Position numbers and translations under genes: made by a program. Below the pieces are notes generated by a model. It had not been told where the DNA came from. It saw only the letters and a list, made by a program, of their open reading frames with translations, and did no database searches. From the IMG/VR virus record IMGVR_UViG_3300002092_001548, positions 64,001 through 128,000 of that record: 64,000 nucleotides of DNA; one strand, 5' to 3'. The stretch is from a virus. Position 1 is the first letter of the stretch; each line of letters begins with the position of its first letter. Of the stretch, positions 47,208-54,911 are shown one piece after another.

Positions 47208-47823
47208 TTCAGTTGAACTTATTGGTTGGTATGGTGGTGATACGGTTAATGCTTGTAGCGCATGGACTTCTACTAGCCGAGAGCTTACGGAAGATAAAAA
47301 AAACCGAATTCCAGCACTATTAAAAATGTTAGCAGAAAATGGGCACGAAACACCATTTGAAAAGTCATCGCTTCACTTCCTAGTAAATACTGAGATCGCA
47401 AGTCATATTCATCTCCTAAAACATAGAATCAGTTCCCTTAATGCCGAAAGTGCAAGGTATAAAGAGTTAAAAGAAGATAAATACTTCGTTCCCGAAGACT
47501 GGCCCACAGAGTGGAAAGAAAAGTTAGAAGAATATACTAATATTGGTAATGAACTTTATCATGAATGCCTCGCCGGATTGGAATCGTATGGTATTGACAG
47601 GAAGCGCGCAAAAGAATCTGCACGTTTTTTTAAAACATATAATTCTCAAATTCAAGCCGATGTTCAGTTTAACTTTCGTAGCTTTGTAAATTTTCAAAGG
47701 CTTAGAAACTCAGAACATGCACAGGTAGAAATCCGAGACATTGCCTCGGAAATGTTAAATGCAGTTAAAAATATTGAAGGAAATCCATTTCAACACACGT
47801 TAGCCGCATTCAATCTTGATTAG
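47200..47823 (+). CDS. thyX: Flavin-dependent thymidylate synthase
   Basis: GHETPFE, HLLKHRISSLNAESARY, KESAR, NFRSF..F..LR..HAQVEIR. Confidence 0.9.
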   Translation: MDNSVELIGWYGGDTVNACSAWTSTSRELTEDKKNRIPALLKMLAENGHETPFEKSSLHFLVNTEIASHIHLLKHRISSLNAESARYKELKEDKYFVPEDWPTEWKEKLEEYTNIGNELYHECLAGLESYGIDRKRAKESARFFKTYNSQIQADVQFNFRSFVNFQRLRNSEHAQVEIRDIASEMLNAVKNIEGNPFQHTLAAFNLD

Positions 47824-47849
47824 TTTAACTAATTTCACTATAATAAATA

Positions 47850-48323
47850 GTGGACATGTTAGATAAAGAGCTCAATTCTGGAGTTAGTGACTTAAGTGTA
47901 ACTATAATGTTTTGCGCCGGGCCCAAAAGCTTGGTTAAATTTAACGATAACCCAAAAGATAACGTGTTTTATAACATCTTCTGTTTTCATATTAACGAAA
48001 CAGGTCATTATATAGTTTTTATCAAAATTTTCAAAGCCCTAAAAAAGAAAAATAAAGATGGTAATTATTTTAATTTAATAGATACACAAAGTAAAGTAAT
48101 GACTTCACAGAAGGAAACCTACCAATTTCTTGATGGTTTTTTAAATATTATTGAAGAACACCATAGGTTCGTCAATGATGAAGTTTTAACCGAAGGGGTT
48201 CTTAACGCGGTAGAAGCCATACAGTCCATACAGGAATGGGAGACATCAATGATTAATTATTTTAATGACTTGATACCCGACCAGTTCCCCAAAAGAAAAC
48301 TGACTTTAAAAAACTTATTTTAG
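47850..48323 (+). CDS. Hypothetical protein
   Basis: 157-aa ORF; no motif. Confidence 0.5.
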   Translation: MDMLDKELNSGVSDLSVTIMFCAGPKSLVKFNDNPKDNVFYNIFCFHINETGHYIVFIKIFKALKKKNKDGNYFNLIDTQSKVMTSQKETYQFLDGFLNIIEEHHRFVNDEVLTEGVLNAVEAIQSIQEWETSMINYFNDLIPDQFPKRKLTLKNLF

Positions 48324-48676
48324 TTTTGTAATAATGCGTAGGAAAAAATAGTCCCACTACCACCCGTTGCGACAAGTCTAACACTTGTAACTGGAGCAGT
48401 TATCAAAGCTGGAGATTGATATCCCGGTGTCATACCTGTAAAAGAATAAAGAGTAACACCTTCATTTCCAGAACCTCTTTGGAATGATGGGTCATATGCG
48501 CCTAGATAATATGCGGCGGAAGTTTGAACATTGATTGTTGTTCCAGTTGTTGCCGATCCACTGGCAAACGCGATAATTAAAGTATTTCTTGAGTTAGTGA
48601 TATCTAACCAAGTGCCCGTAAAGGGGACTGACTGTCCCGTAGCTAAAACCATCGCACTATTCCACTGTGAATTCAT
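48320..48676 (-). CDS. Small TG/SG-rich putative virion protein
   Basis: Start MNSQW with GTGTAAT 7 nt upstream; beta-rich, TG/SG-rich. Confidence 0.5.
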   Translation of the reverse strand: MNSQWNSAMVLATGQSVPFTGTWLDITNSRNTLIIAFASGSATTGTTINVQTSAAYYLGAYDPSFQRGSGNEGVTLYSFTGMTPGYQSPALITAPVTSVRLVATGGSGTIFSYALLQN

Positions 48677-48696
48677 AACTAAAATTACACGTAAAT

Positions 48697-48725
48697 TTGA
48701 CAAGCAGACCAAAAACACCTACAAT
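48697..48725 (+). promoter_or_regulatory. Sigma-70-type promoter
   Basis: TTGACA-17 nt-TACAAT, ATG 8 nt downstream. Confidence 0.75.
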
Positions 48726-48733
48726 CACTTATA

Positions 48734-49087
48734 ATGAAGAAAATAATTCAACCAGAACAAGCAGAAGAATCCATTTATTTTTCTGATTTTACAGGTAAAC
48801 CATTTATTGATGGGCTACCACCATCAATAGAACTTAAATTTAATTTTAATTATGGATCAAAATATGATGGCGCAAACCTAAACTTCCATCTTTCCGATCA
48901 GGATTTTGAAAGCCTTCTTCCAGTTTTGCGTGACAGGTTATCTCAAGATGCTAAAAAAGAATTGGGTAAAACACTTCACGAGTTAGATCTCCAGCTAGAA
49001 GATGGAATACAATCTAAATCTTATTCAGTTTGTGAATATGCCTCTAATGCCAGATTAGTAATTCTGAATCTTTTAGGGCTAAACTAG
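48734..49087 (+). CDS. Hypothetical protein
   Basis: 117-aa ORF after a promoter. Confidence 0.55.
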   Translation: MKKIIQPEQAEESIYFSDFTGKPFIDGLPPSIELKFNFNYGSKYDGANLNFHLSDQDFESLLPVLRDRLSQDAKKELGKTLHELDLQLEDGIQSKSYSVCEYASNARLVILNLLGLN

Positions 49088-49389
49088 AGAGAAATTAAAG
49101 TTGGCTTCTCTTCCTGTTTATAGTTGCGAGTCTGAAGGATCAAATCCAAGATCGTTAGCTTAAAATCTTCACGCTTGTCTTCGGGGATAGAATTAGCAAA
49201 GAAATCAATAATTACTTGGCACATTCCATTTACCATAAACCCATTAAATTGAATTTCTGTAAGTTGCTTGCAAGCTAAATTTTTACCATCTTCTGTAAGG
49301 CCAATCTCTAAAATTGGATTAATTTTAGGCCTCACATTCTCGTTAATTACTTCTGCGTCGATATCAATTGTTACGGGTTGTTCACTCAT
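49084..49389 (-). CDS. Hypothetical protein
   Basis: 101-aa ORF in a minus-strand operon. Confidence 0.5.
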   Translation of the reverse strand: MSEQPVTIDIDAEVINENVRPKINPILEIGLTEDGKNLACKQLTEIQFNGFMVNGMCQVIIDFFANSIPEDKREDFKLTILDLILQTRNYKQEEKPTLISL

Positions 49390-49396
49390 AATAATA

Positions 49397-49690
49397 TTAC
49401 TTCTTCTTCGCTTTTAAATCTAAATTATCAAGACCCTGTTTCAATAAACCACAGATAACATCATTAACAGAAACGTCTTTCTCGCAAGATTCTTTAACTA
49501 ATAGCCGAAGAAGCTCGACGGGCCAATCTTCAGTGTCAAGTTCTAGCCGAACATATTTTTCTAGCTTAATAGAGCCATCTTTTTGTAGCTTTACATCGAA
49601 CTTATCGCCGGGCACAATATTTAGTTCTGCCAACTCTTCTTCGGTAAATTGAAGATACAGATCATTCGTGGGTATCAGTTCTTTTTTCAT
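49397..49690 (-). CDS. AbrB/SpoVT-like plus ribbon-helix-helix-like small regulator
   Basis: LQFTEEELAELNIVPGDKFDVKLQKDGSIKL followed by LVKESCEKDVSVNDVI. Confidence 0.5.
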   Translation of the reverse strand: MKKELIPTNDLYLQFTEEELAELNIVPGDKFDVKLQKDGSIKLEKYVRLELDTEDWPVELLRLLVKESCEKDVSVNDVICGLLKQGLDNLDLKAKKK

Positions 49691-49844
49691 TTGTTTTTAT
49701 TAGTTGAGGATTATTTTCTAGAATTCTAGAGATTATTCCGACAATCTCCATTGGCCCAAAACCAGTAACCCAATCACACTCTTGCGTAATCTCTTCCACT
49801 TTTTTCATGTATAGCTCGTATAGCTTTTCTTTATTTATTTTCAT
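49662..49844 (-). CDS. Hypothetical protein
   Basis: 60-aa coupled ORF. Confidence 0.5.
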   Translation of the reverse strand: MKINKEKLYELYMKKVEEITQECDWVTGFGPMEIVGIISRILENNPQLIKTNEKRTDTHE

Positions 49845-50155
49845 TGATTTATATTGTGTTGGGCCTTTAAATAATCTTTGATAACATCACCTTTTACTTC
49901 TTTCTTGTAATAATTAAATTTCTTTCCAAAGCTAGTGGAGTCAATAAAGTCATGAAAGGTAAAATTATATTTATTATTTGACTTTCTAATCGTATCTTTA
50001 TGAAAGTATGCAGTATAAGTAAAAAAGCCCAAAGCAATTATTACCCCAATAATAACAGTTTTAAATGCTCCGGCAATAATTCTTTCTACAAGAAAAATAG
50101 ACAAGATAGAGAGGAATACTACAAGCGCAATTTCTAGTGGGTTATTAAAGTTCAT
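49841..50155 (-). CDS. Small membrane protein
   Basis: Two hydrophobic helices and a basic tail. Confidence 0.55.
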   Translation of the reverse strand: MNFNNPLEIALVVFLSILSIFLVERIIAGAFKTVIIGVIIALGFFTYTAYFHKDTIRKSNNKYNFTFHDFIDSTSFGKKFNYYKKEVKGDVIKDYLKAQHNINQ

Positions 50156-50526
50156 CTACCTAATTGTAGTAACTTCCCCTCCATTATTTCTAATCTTTCT
50201 AAAGTTGTACTATTCAAATGCGCCCACTCCCTTATGAGACAATTGGTATAGAGATCTTTTTTAATTTGAACTGGATCAAAACCGAACTGATCTCCAGTTA
50301 AGTCTATATAGTAATTATCAATCTTATTGAACCAATGTTTAATACCATTAACATACGCACTAACTAAATGCCCACCATATCTTTTATAAATAATCGCCGC
50401 CACAATAGCGCAATGTCCCGTACTAGGAATTTCTTCGTTAAAGAAATAAACAGTTTCGGCCGCAAAGCATTTGTCGAGATCTAGACGAAGATCCCTTAAC
50501 TCTTTTTCTATTATTAATTTTGGCAT
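50152..50526 (-). CDS. YunG-like protein (transglutaminase-like Cys/His/Asp)
   Basis: GHCAIVA, YGG, HWFNKI, IDLTGDQF. Confidence 0.65.
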   Translation of the reverse strand: MPKLIIEKELRDLRLDLDKCFAAETVYFFNEEIPSTGHCAIVAAIIYKRYGGHLVSAYVNGIKHWFNKIDNYYIDLTGDQFGFDPVQIKKDLYTNCLIREWAHLNSTTLERLEIMEGKLLQLGR

Positions 50527-50544
50527 GGGTCATATATATTACAT

Positions 50545-50658
50545 TTAATTATTAATAATATCAGAAAATACCCTTGGAATAATAACATTATCAGGAAGGT
50601 CTTTAAAAAGTGGTGCGATATGTTTTGGAGAATGTCCCGCCAAACCGCAACCAATTTT
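50545..50658 (-). pseudogene. C-terminal remnant of a macrodomain-like (A1S_2505-type) phage protein
   Basis: KIGCGLAGHSPKHIAPLFKDLPDNVIIPRVF with no own start; begins at the stop codon of the upstream phosphoesterase. Confidence 0.55.
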
Positions 50659-51499
50659 AAAGAAATGGTAGATCTTTATAGATACTATCATAAGCACCAA
50701 ATTTTTCAATAAGTTTCTTTCTTCTTTTTTCTTGGGCAACGAGATAGAAATTATCCATACCAGTATCAATAGCAGAGCAATCACCAGTTTCATCAATCTC
50801 AAGAACCTGACATAGACCACAATCAATGTTGGCATTAATACCACCATTCTCATTCCAAATATTAGTTTTACCCATTGTAGGAGTATGACCATAGACTTGT
50901 TTTAATCCTTTGGATACATGACCTTCTTGGAAGTCATCACACCAAAGGATACCACCAACTTTTTGCATACCACCACGACAACGACCTACCGCACCAATGG
51001 TTTCATTCCATTTACGATTAAGATAATCATCAGTAGCTTTTGCAAGTTTATCAAGAATAACATCATTGCTCATACCTTTAATGGGATGTTCAAACCAATG
51101 AGGATGAATACCAGCATGAGTAAACCAAACACCATTACCATAATGAGCAAACTTGATCTTATCCCAGTGCGATTCAGTCATTACACGATTAATGGCATCA
51201 TCTTTCTTCATATCATAACCAGAGCAGTTATAGATATTCTGAAGACTACCAAGCGAATCCTTGATATAATTTAGATAAGAATAATTGATATCATGATTAC
51301 CCATCAAATGGATACGATTAGGCTTATCAAGCGATTCCTTGAGCCAAGTAGCAGTTTGAATTGCATCTTGCGCAGTATCGCCAAAATCATCAAAGTAATC
51401 ACCAGTAAACACGACAAGATGAGTCTTATCGTAAAGGCTCGCGATTTGTTCCGCCTCAACCCAATGATTGTGTACGTCTCCTATGGCTATGATGTTCAT
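50657..51499 (-). CDS. Calcineurin-like metallophosphoesterase
   Basis: IGDVHN, TGDYFD, LMGNHD, FTHAG, VYGHT. Confidence 0.9.
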   Translation of the reverse strand: MNIIAIGDVHNHWVEAEQIASLYDKTHLVVFTGDYFDDFGDTAQDAIQTATWLKESLDKPNRIHLMGNHDINYSYLNYIKDSLGSLQNIYNCSGYDMKKDDAINRVMTESHWDKIKFAHYGNGVWFTHAGIHPHWFEHPIKGMSNDVILDKLAKATDDYLNRKWNETIGAVGRCRGGMQKVGGILWCDDFQEGHVSKGLKQVYGHTPTMGKTNIWNENGGINANIDCGLCQVLEIDETGDCSAIDTGMDNFYLVAQEKRRKKLIEKFGAYDSIYKDLPFL

Positions 51500-51505
51500 T
51501 CTATA

Positions 51506-51534
51506 ATTATATTCTATTCTTTATATCAAGTCAA
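51506..51534 (-). promoter_or_regulatory. Sigma-70-type promoter (leaderless)
   Basis: Minus-strand TTGACT-17 nt-TATAAT, ATG 6 nt downstream. Confidence 0.8.
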
Positions 51535-51547
51535 TTCCAAAATACCG

Positions 51548-51576
51548 TTGACTCACCCTTCAAAAAACTGTAAATT
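51548..51576 (+). promoter_or_regulatory. Sigma-70-type promoter (leaderless), divergent from 51506-51534
   Basis: TTGACT-17 nt-TAAATT, ATG 6 nt downstream. Confidence 0.7.
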
Positions 51577-51582
51577 ATATAG

Positions 51583-52167
51583 ATGGATCATTTGAAAAAA
51601 GAAAACGTTCTGGTTTTAAACCGAAACTGGCAGGCAATTCATGTAAAGAACCCGGCCGAAGCAATATCAATGATGTATTCCGATTCCGCAACTGGACTTG
51701 ATGTTCGCGGGGAAGATAATATGGTTCCATTAAAATGGAAAGATTGGCTTAATTTAGACATCGGTGAAAATGATGATTCTATTCAGACAGTTAGTGGAAG
51801 AATTAAAATTCCAAAAGTTATTGTTCTTTGCACTTACGATAAAGTACCGAGAAAACGCCCCAAGTTTTCAACCAGAGCGCTTTGGGAACGTGATAATGGG
51901 ACTTGTCAATACACCGGGCGCCAACTTGTAATTGGCGAGGCAAATGTTGACCATGTAATTCCAAGATCCAGAGGCGGAAGGACTGATTGGACAAATTGCG
52001 TTATCACTCATAAAGAAGTTAATTCAAAAAAAGCAGACCGAACCCCACAAGAGGCCGGACTAAAACTAATTCGTCAACCTCTTCCCCCAAGAGATTTGCC
52101 ATCTACTTTCTATATCCGAAATAAACACAATGTAGAAGAGTGGAATATATTCTTGACTTATAATTAA
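51583..52167 (+). CDS. HNH endonuclease (McrA-like)
   Basis: VLVLNRNWQ, RDNGTCQYTG, NVDHVIPRSRGG..W.N, N..KADRTP.EAGL. Confidence 0.9.
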   Translation: MDHLKKENVLVLNRNWQAIHVKNPAEAISMMYSDSATGLDVRGEDNMVPLKWKDWLNLDIGENDDSIQTVSGRIKIPKVIVLCTYDKVPRKRPKFSTRALWERDNGTCQYTGRQLVIGEANVDHVIPRSRGGRTDWTNCVITHKEVNSKKADRTPQEAGLKLIRQPLPPRDLPSTFYIRNKHNVEEWNIFLTYN

Positions 52168-52181
52168 AAGATTCTTATTAT
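52153..52181 (+). promoter_or_regulatory. Sigma-70-type promoter (leaderless)
   Basis: TTGACT-17 nt-TATTAT, ATG 6 nt downstream. Confidence 0.7.
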
Positions 52182-52187
52182 TCTTTA

Positions 52188-52928
52188 ATGCAAGTTAAAA
52201 TGTTCAAACGGGATCCATCAGATAAAATTCTTGACCGTTATTTTGGAAAGCGTAACCTTCTTCCGTATGCCAGCGTTCAGTCTGTTGATGCATATTTTGC
52301 ACTACCAAAAAATGAGCGCGAACGGTTTGGGCTATATCTTCGTCCACTAGCGCTTCCCGTTACTGGCTTTTGGTCATCTAATCCAGATATTAAAGGATGG
52401 GCTTTATGGGAAAAAGAAATTAAAAAACAATATCCAATTCAAGCCTATATTCGTGAATTTCTTTTATCTTACGATAATCCAGTTTACGCATTTCTTTCAC
52501 TAAAGAAAACACAATTAAATGACCTTAAGTGGAAAATTAACCGTTTAATTAAACCACTTCACCCACGAATTCATAAGGCATATCGCCGCCACGAAGTAAA
52601 AGACGTTTCATCTGCGCTCATAGATGTAAACTTTGCTCTTATCTTAGATTTTTGTCACGAGGAGGTTACAAATAGCGTTGTATGTTGGACGCACGATAAG
52701 AATCATAGGGATTTTCATAATCAATTAAAGAAAGCTGTTAAATATATCGAAGTAGAGCGCCCGGCGCTACAGGTTCGGGCCGATAAGGAATTAACAAGGG
52801 GAACCTTTTCAAAAAAAAGTGGTGTTAATAAATATGCAAAGTATTACCAACTAGAACAAAAAATTGAACAGCGCGATACCGCAACAGTTCTTTGGGCAAT
52901 TAACAATCGCGGTTTCTTCTGGACATGA
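52188..52928 (+). CDS. Hypothetical phage protein
   Basis: 246 aa, helical, ends RGFFWT. Confidence 0.6.
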   Translation: MQVKMFKRDPSDKILDRYFGKRNLLPYASVQSVDAYFALPKNERERFGLYLRPLALPVTGFWSSNPDIKGWALWEKEIKKQYPIQAYIREFLLSYDNPVYAFLSLKKTQLNDLKWKINRLIKPLHPRIHKAYRRHEVKDVSSALIDVNFALILDFCHEEVTNSVVCWTHDKNHRDFHNQLKKAVKYIEVERPALQVRADKELTRGTFSKKSGVNKYAKYYQLEQKIEQRDTATVLWAINNRGFFWT

Positions 52929-53929
52929 GTTCACCTAAAATTCTTATCGTAGAGTCTACGAGTAAAACAAAACCACTCTGCCAAAATTTCAGCGATACGA
53001 GTATTGTTCACTGCCGAAACTCAATCATTTTAAAGAACTATTTGGGTGCAGACCTTCTTGATGGAGAGTATGCACTAGCATCAATTTTAAAGAATAAATA
53101 TGACGTAATCATATGTTGCTATGCCTCGCCATATATGCCGCATATTCCATATAGGAAGGTTATAGATCAAAACCCCGGCGCCCGACTTGTTTGGATGGTT
53201 AACGATCACGACCTAGAGGATAATCAACTCTTACGCTACGCCATCACACAAGGTCGCAGCTATGATATGATCTGCAATAATCCAAGAAATGGATACAGGC
53301 ATTGGATCTTGGGTAAGAATATTGAAGGCAAAAAACTAAATGACTTTATTATTGATTGGCACACAACTAATTTAAATTCATTAATTTTTAGAGATACTAG
53401 ATCGATACAGAATCCAGAAGGTAAGAATGGAACGGTTTACTATGGAACTTATAGAAAGCATCGCGCCGATGATTTTAAACTATATTTAAATCGCGGTATT
53501 ACCGTATCTAGTTCTATTAAACACTGGAAGAAGTTTGAGGCATTAGGTTGTACGGCTAATTTTATTCGCCCCCTTGGGTGGGAGAAAGATAAGGAGAACC
53601 TTAGAGATTTTAAATATTCAATTTATTTAGAAGATAAGCATACTCACGATAACTTTGCTTTTATGGCAAATCGTTACTATGAAGCCCTAATGTGCGATGT
53701 TGTTCCCTTATTTGCCCCCAATACGAGCAAAACACTAAAGGGAAGCAATTACGGTTCTGATATCGCGACCAGTCAGATTCTTCCAGAAGGCCTATATGGT
53801 GATGCACTATTAGAATATACTTCCAAGCTAGACCACTCTTATTATATTAAGAATCAACGTTTGCAGTTTGATAATATTCTTGGAGAAAGACAAATGGTAC
53901 TACAGGGAATTAAAGATTTTTTATTTTGA
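52925..53929 (+). CDS. T4 beta-glucosyltransferase-like (GT-B) putative DNA glycosyltransferase
   Basis: KYDVIICCYAS, LVWMVNDHDL, VYYGTYRKHR and IYLEDKHTHDNF..NRYYEALMCDVV parallel recalled T4 BGT segments. Confidence 0.6.
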   Translation: MSSPKILIVESTSKTKPLCQNFSDTSIVHCRNSIILKNYLGADLLDGEYALASILKNKYDVIICCYASPYMPHIPYRKVIDQNPGARLVWMVNDHDLEDNQLLRYAITQGRSYDMICNNPRNGYRHWILGKNIEGKKLNDFIIDWHTTNLNSLIFRDTRSIQNPEGKNGTVYYGTYRKHRADDFKLYLNRGITVSSSIKHWKKFEALGCTANFIRPLGWEKDKENLRDFKYSIYLEDKHTHDNFAFMANRYYEALMCDVVPLFAPNTSKTLKGSNYGSDIATSQILPEGLYGDALLEYTSKLDHSYYIKNQRLQFDNILGERQMVLQGIKDFLF

Positions 53930-54670
53930 AATAATCTTGCAACTATTATTTAGAGAAGTGCTAACTACTGTTAGCGGAAAAGTAAGCCCCGCGCCACTAT
54001 TATATAAGAATCTAATTTCAGTAGTTGTTAATGCTCTATTCCAGACACCAACCTCATCAATTTTAGCGCCATTTGAATTTGCTACATATGCCCCGCCTGG
54101 TACAGCTAATAGTGCATAGTTTCCGCTATAACCAGTATTACTATCTGTACCATTAGCAACCAAATTACCATTATAATATATACTTATTGTAGACCCTTTT
54201 CTTATAAGTGTTGCCATGCACCAATTACTAGTAGATATCCCACCAGAAGGATAATAGGATAAATTTACAATAACATCTGGAACACCATAATAAATACTAT
54301 CATGAGTAACATTGAAATTTATTCCATTTCTATCGGGGCCACAAAATTGTTGAACCGTTCCATCAGTATTAGGAATAGTCCAATAATTGATTGTGAAATC
54401 TCTAGAAAAATCAAGCGAATTAGTTGTTTGTAACCATCCCGAACCATTTCCCAAAACACAACTATTAATGAGTCCAGTTGCCGTTGGTACAGTATTATGT
54501 AATATTAAAGTATTAGCATTACTTGTACTATCTAAACGATTACCACTTGCTTCATCTAATTTCCAATAAGCAATTAAATTACTAACTAAATTAAGAATAT
54601 AATAATTTAATTTAATAGAGCAAGTATTATATTGCCCTAAAATAACACTCGATATTCTTACTAACGACAT
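53921..54670 (-). CDS. LamG/concanavalin-A-like virion protein
   Basis: LIAYWKLDE, DFTINYW, IYYNG, IDEVGVWNRALT. Confidence 0.85.
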   Translation of the reverse strand: MSLVRISSVILGQYNTCSIKLNYYILNLVSNLIAYWKLDEASGNRLDSTSNANTLILHNTVPTATGLINSCVLGNGSGWLQTTNSLDFSRDFTINYWTIPNTDGTVQQFCGPDRNGINFNVTHDSIYYGVPDVIVNLSYYPSGGISTSNWCMATLIRKGSTISIYYNGNLVANGTDSNTGYSGNYALLAVPGGAYVANSNGAKIDEVGVWNRALTTTEIRFLYNSGAGLTFPLTVVSTSLNNSCKIISK

Positions 54671-54672
54671 TT

Positions 54673-54909
54673 TTAAAGGAATGTATATTGACCACTTGCT
54701 AATAGGTCAGAAGCCCTATTTTGCGCACTTTCATTTGTCCAATTTGCGGCCTCAGTATATTGTTGTTCGCCACTCCATAGTATTAATGGCTTAGGAAGTC
54801 CGGCGACTAAACCCATAATTCTATAAGCTTTAAATTCATCTATTACATTTATTAGATTAATAGAATTAAGACTAACCTGTTGTGATGGTAATGTAACTTG
54901 TATGCTCAT
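54673..54909 (-). CDS. Small tail-associated protein
   Basis: 78 aa; LILWSGEQQY..WT, within the fibre cassette. Confidence 0.5.
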   Translation of the reverse strand: MSIQVTLPSQQVSLNSINLINVIDEFKAYRIMGLVAGLPKPLILWSGEQQYTEAANWTNESAQNRASDLLASGQYTFL

Positions 54910-54911
54910 AA

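Noticed and set aside
50659-50892. 5' part of the 115-aa ORF 50545-50892
   Set aside because: It is an alternative frame of the phosphoesterase; only the last ~37 codons look protein-like
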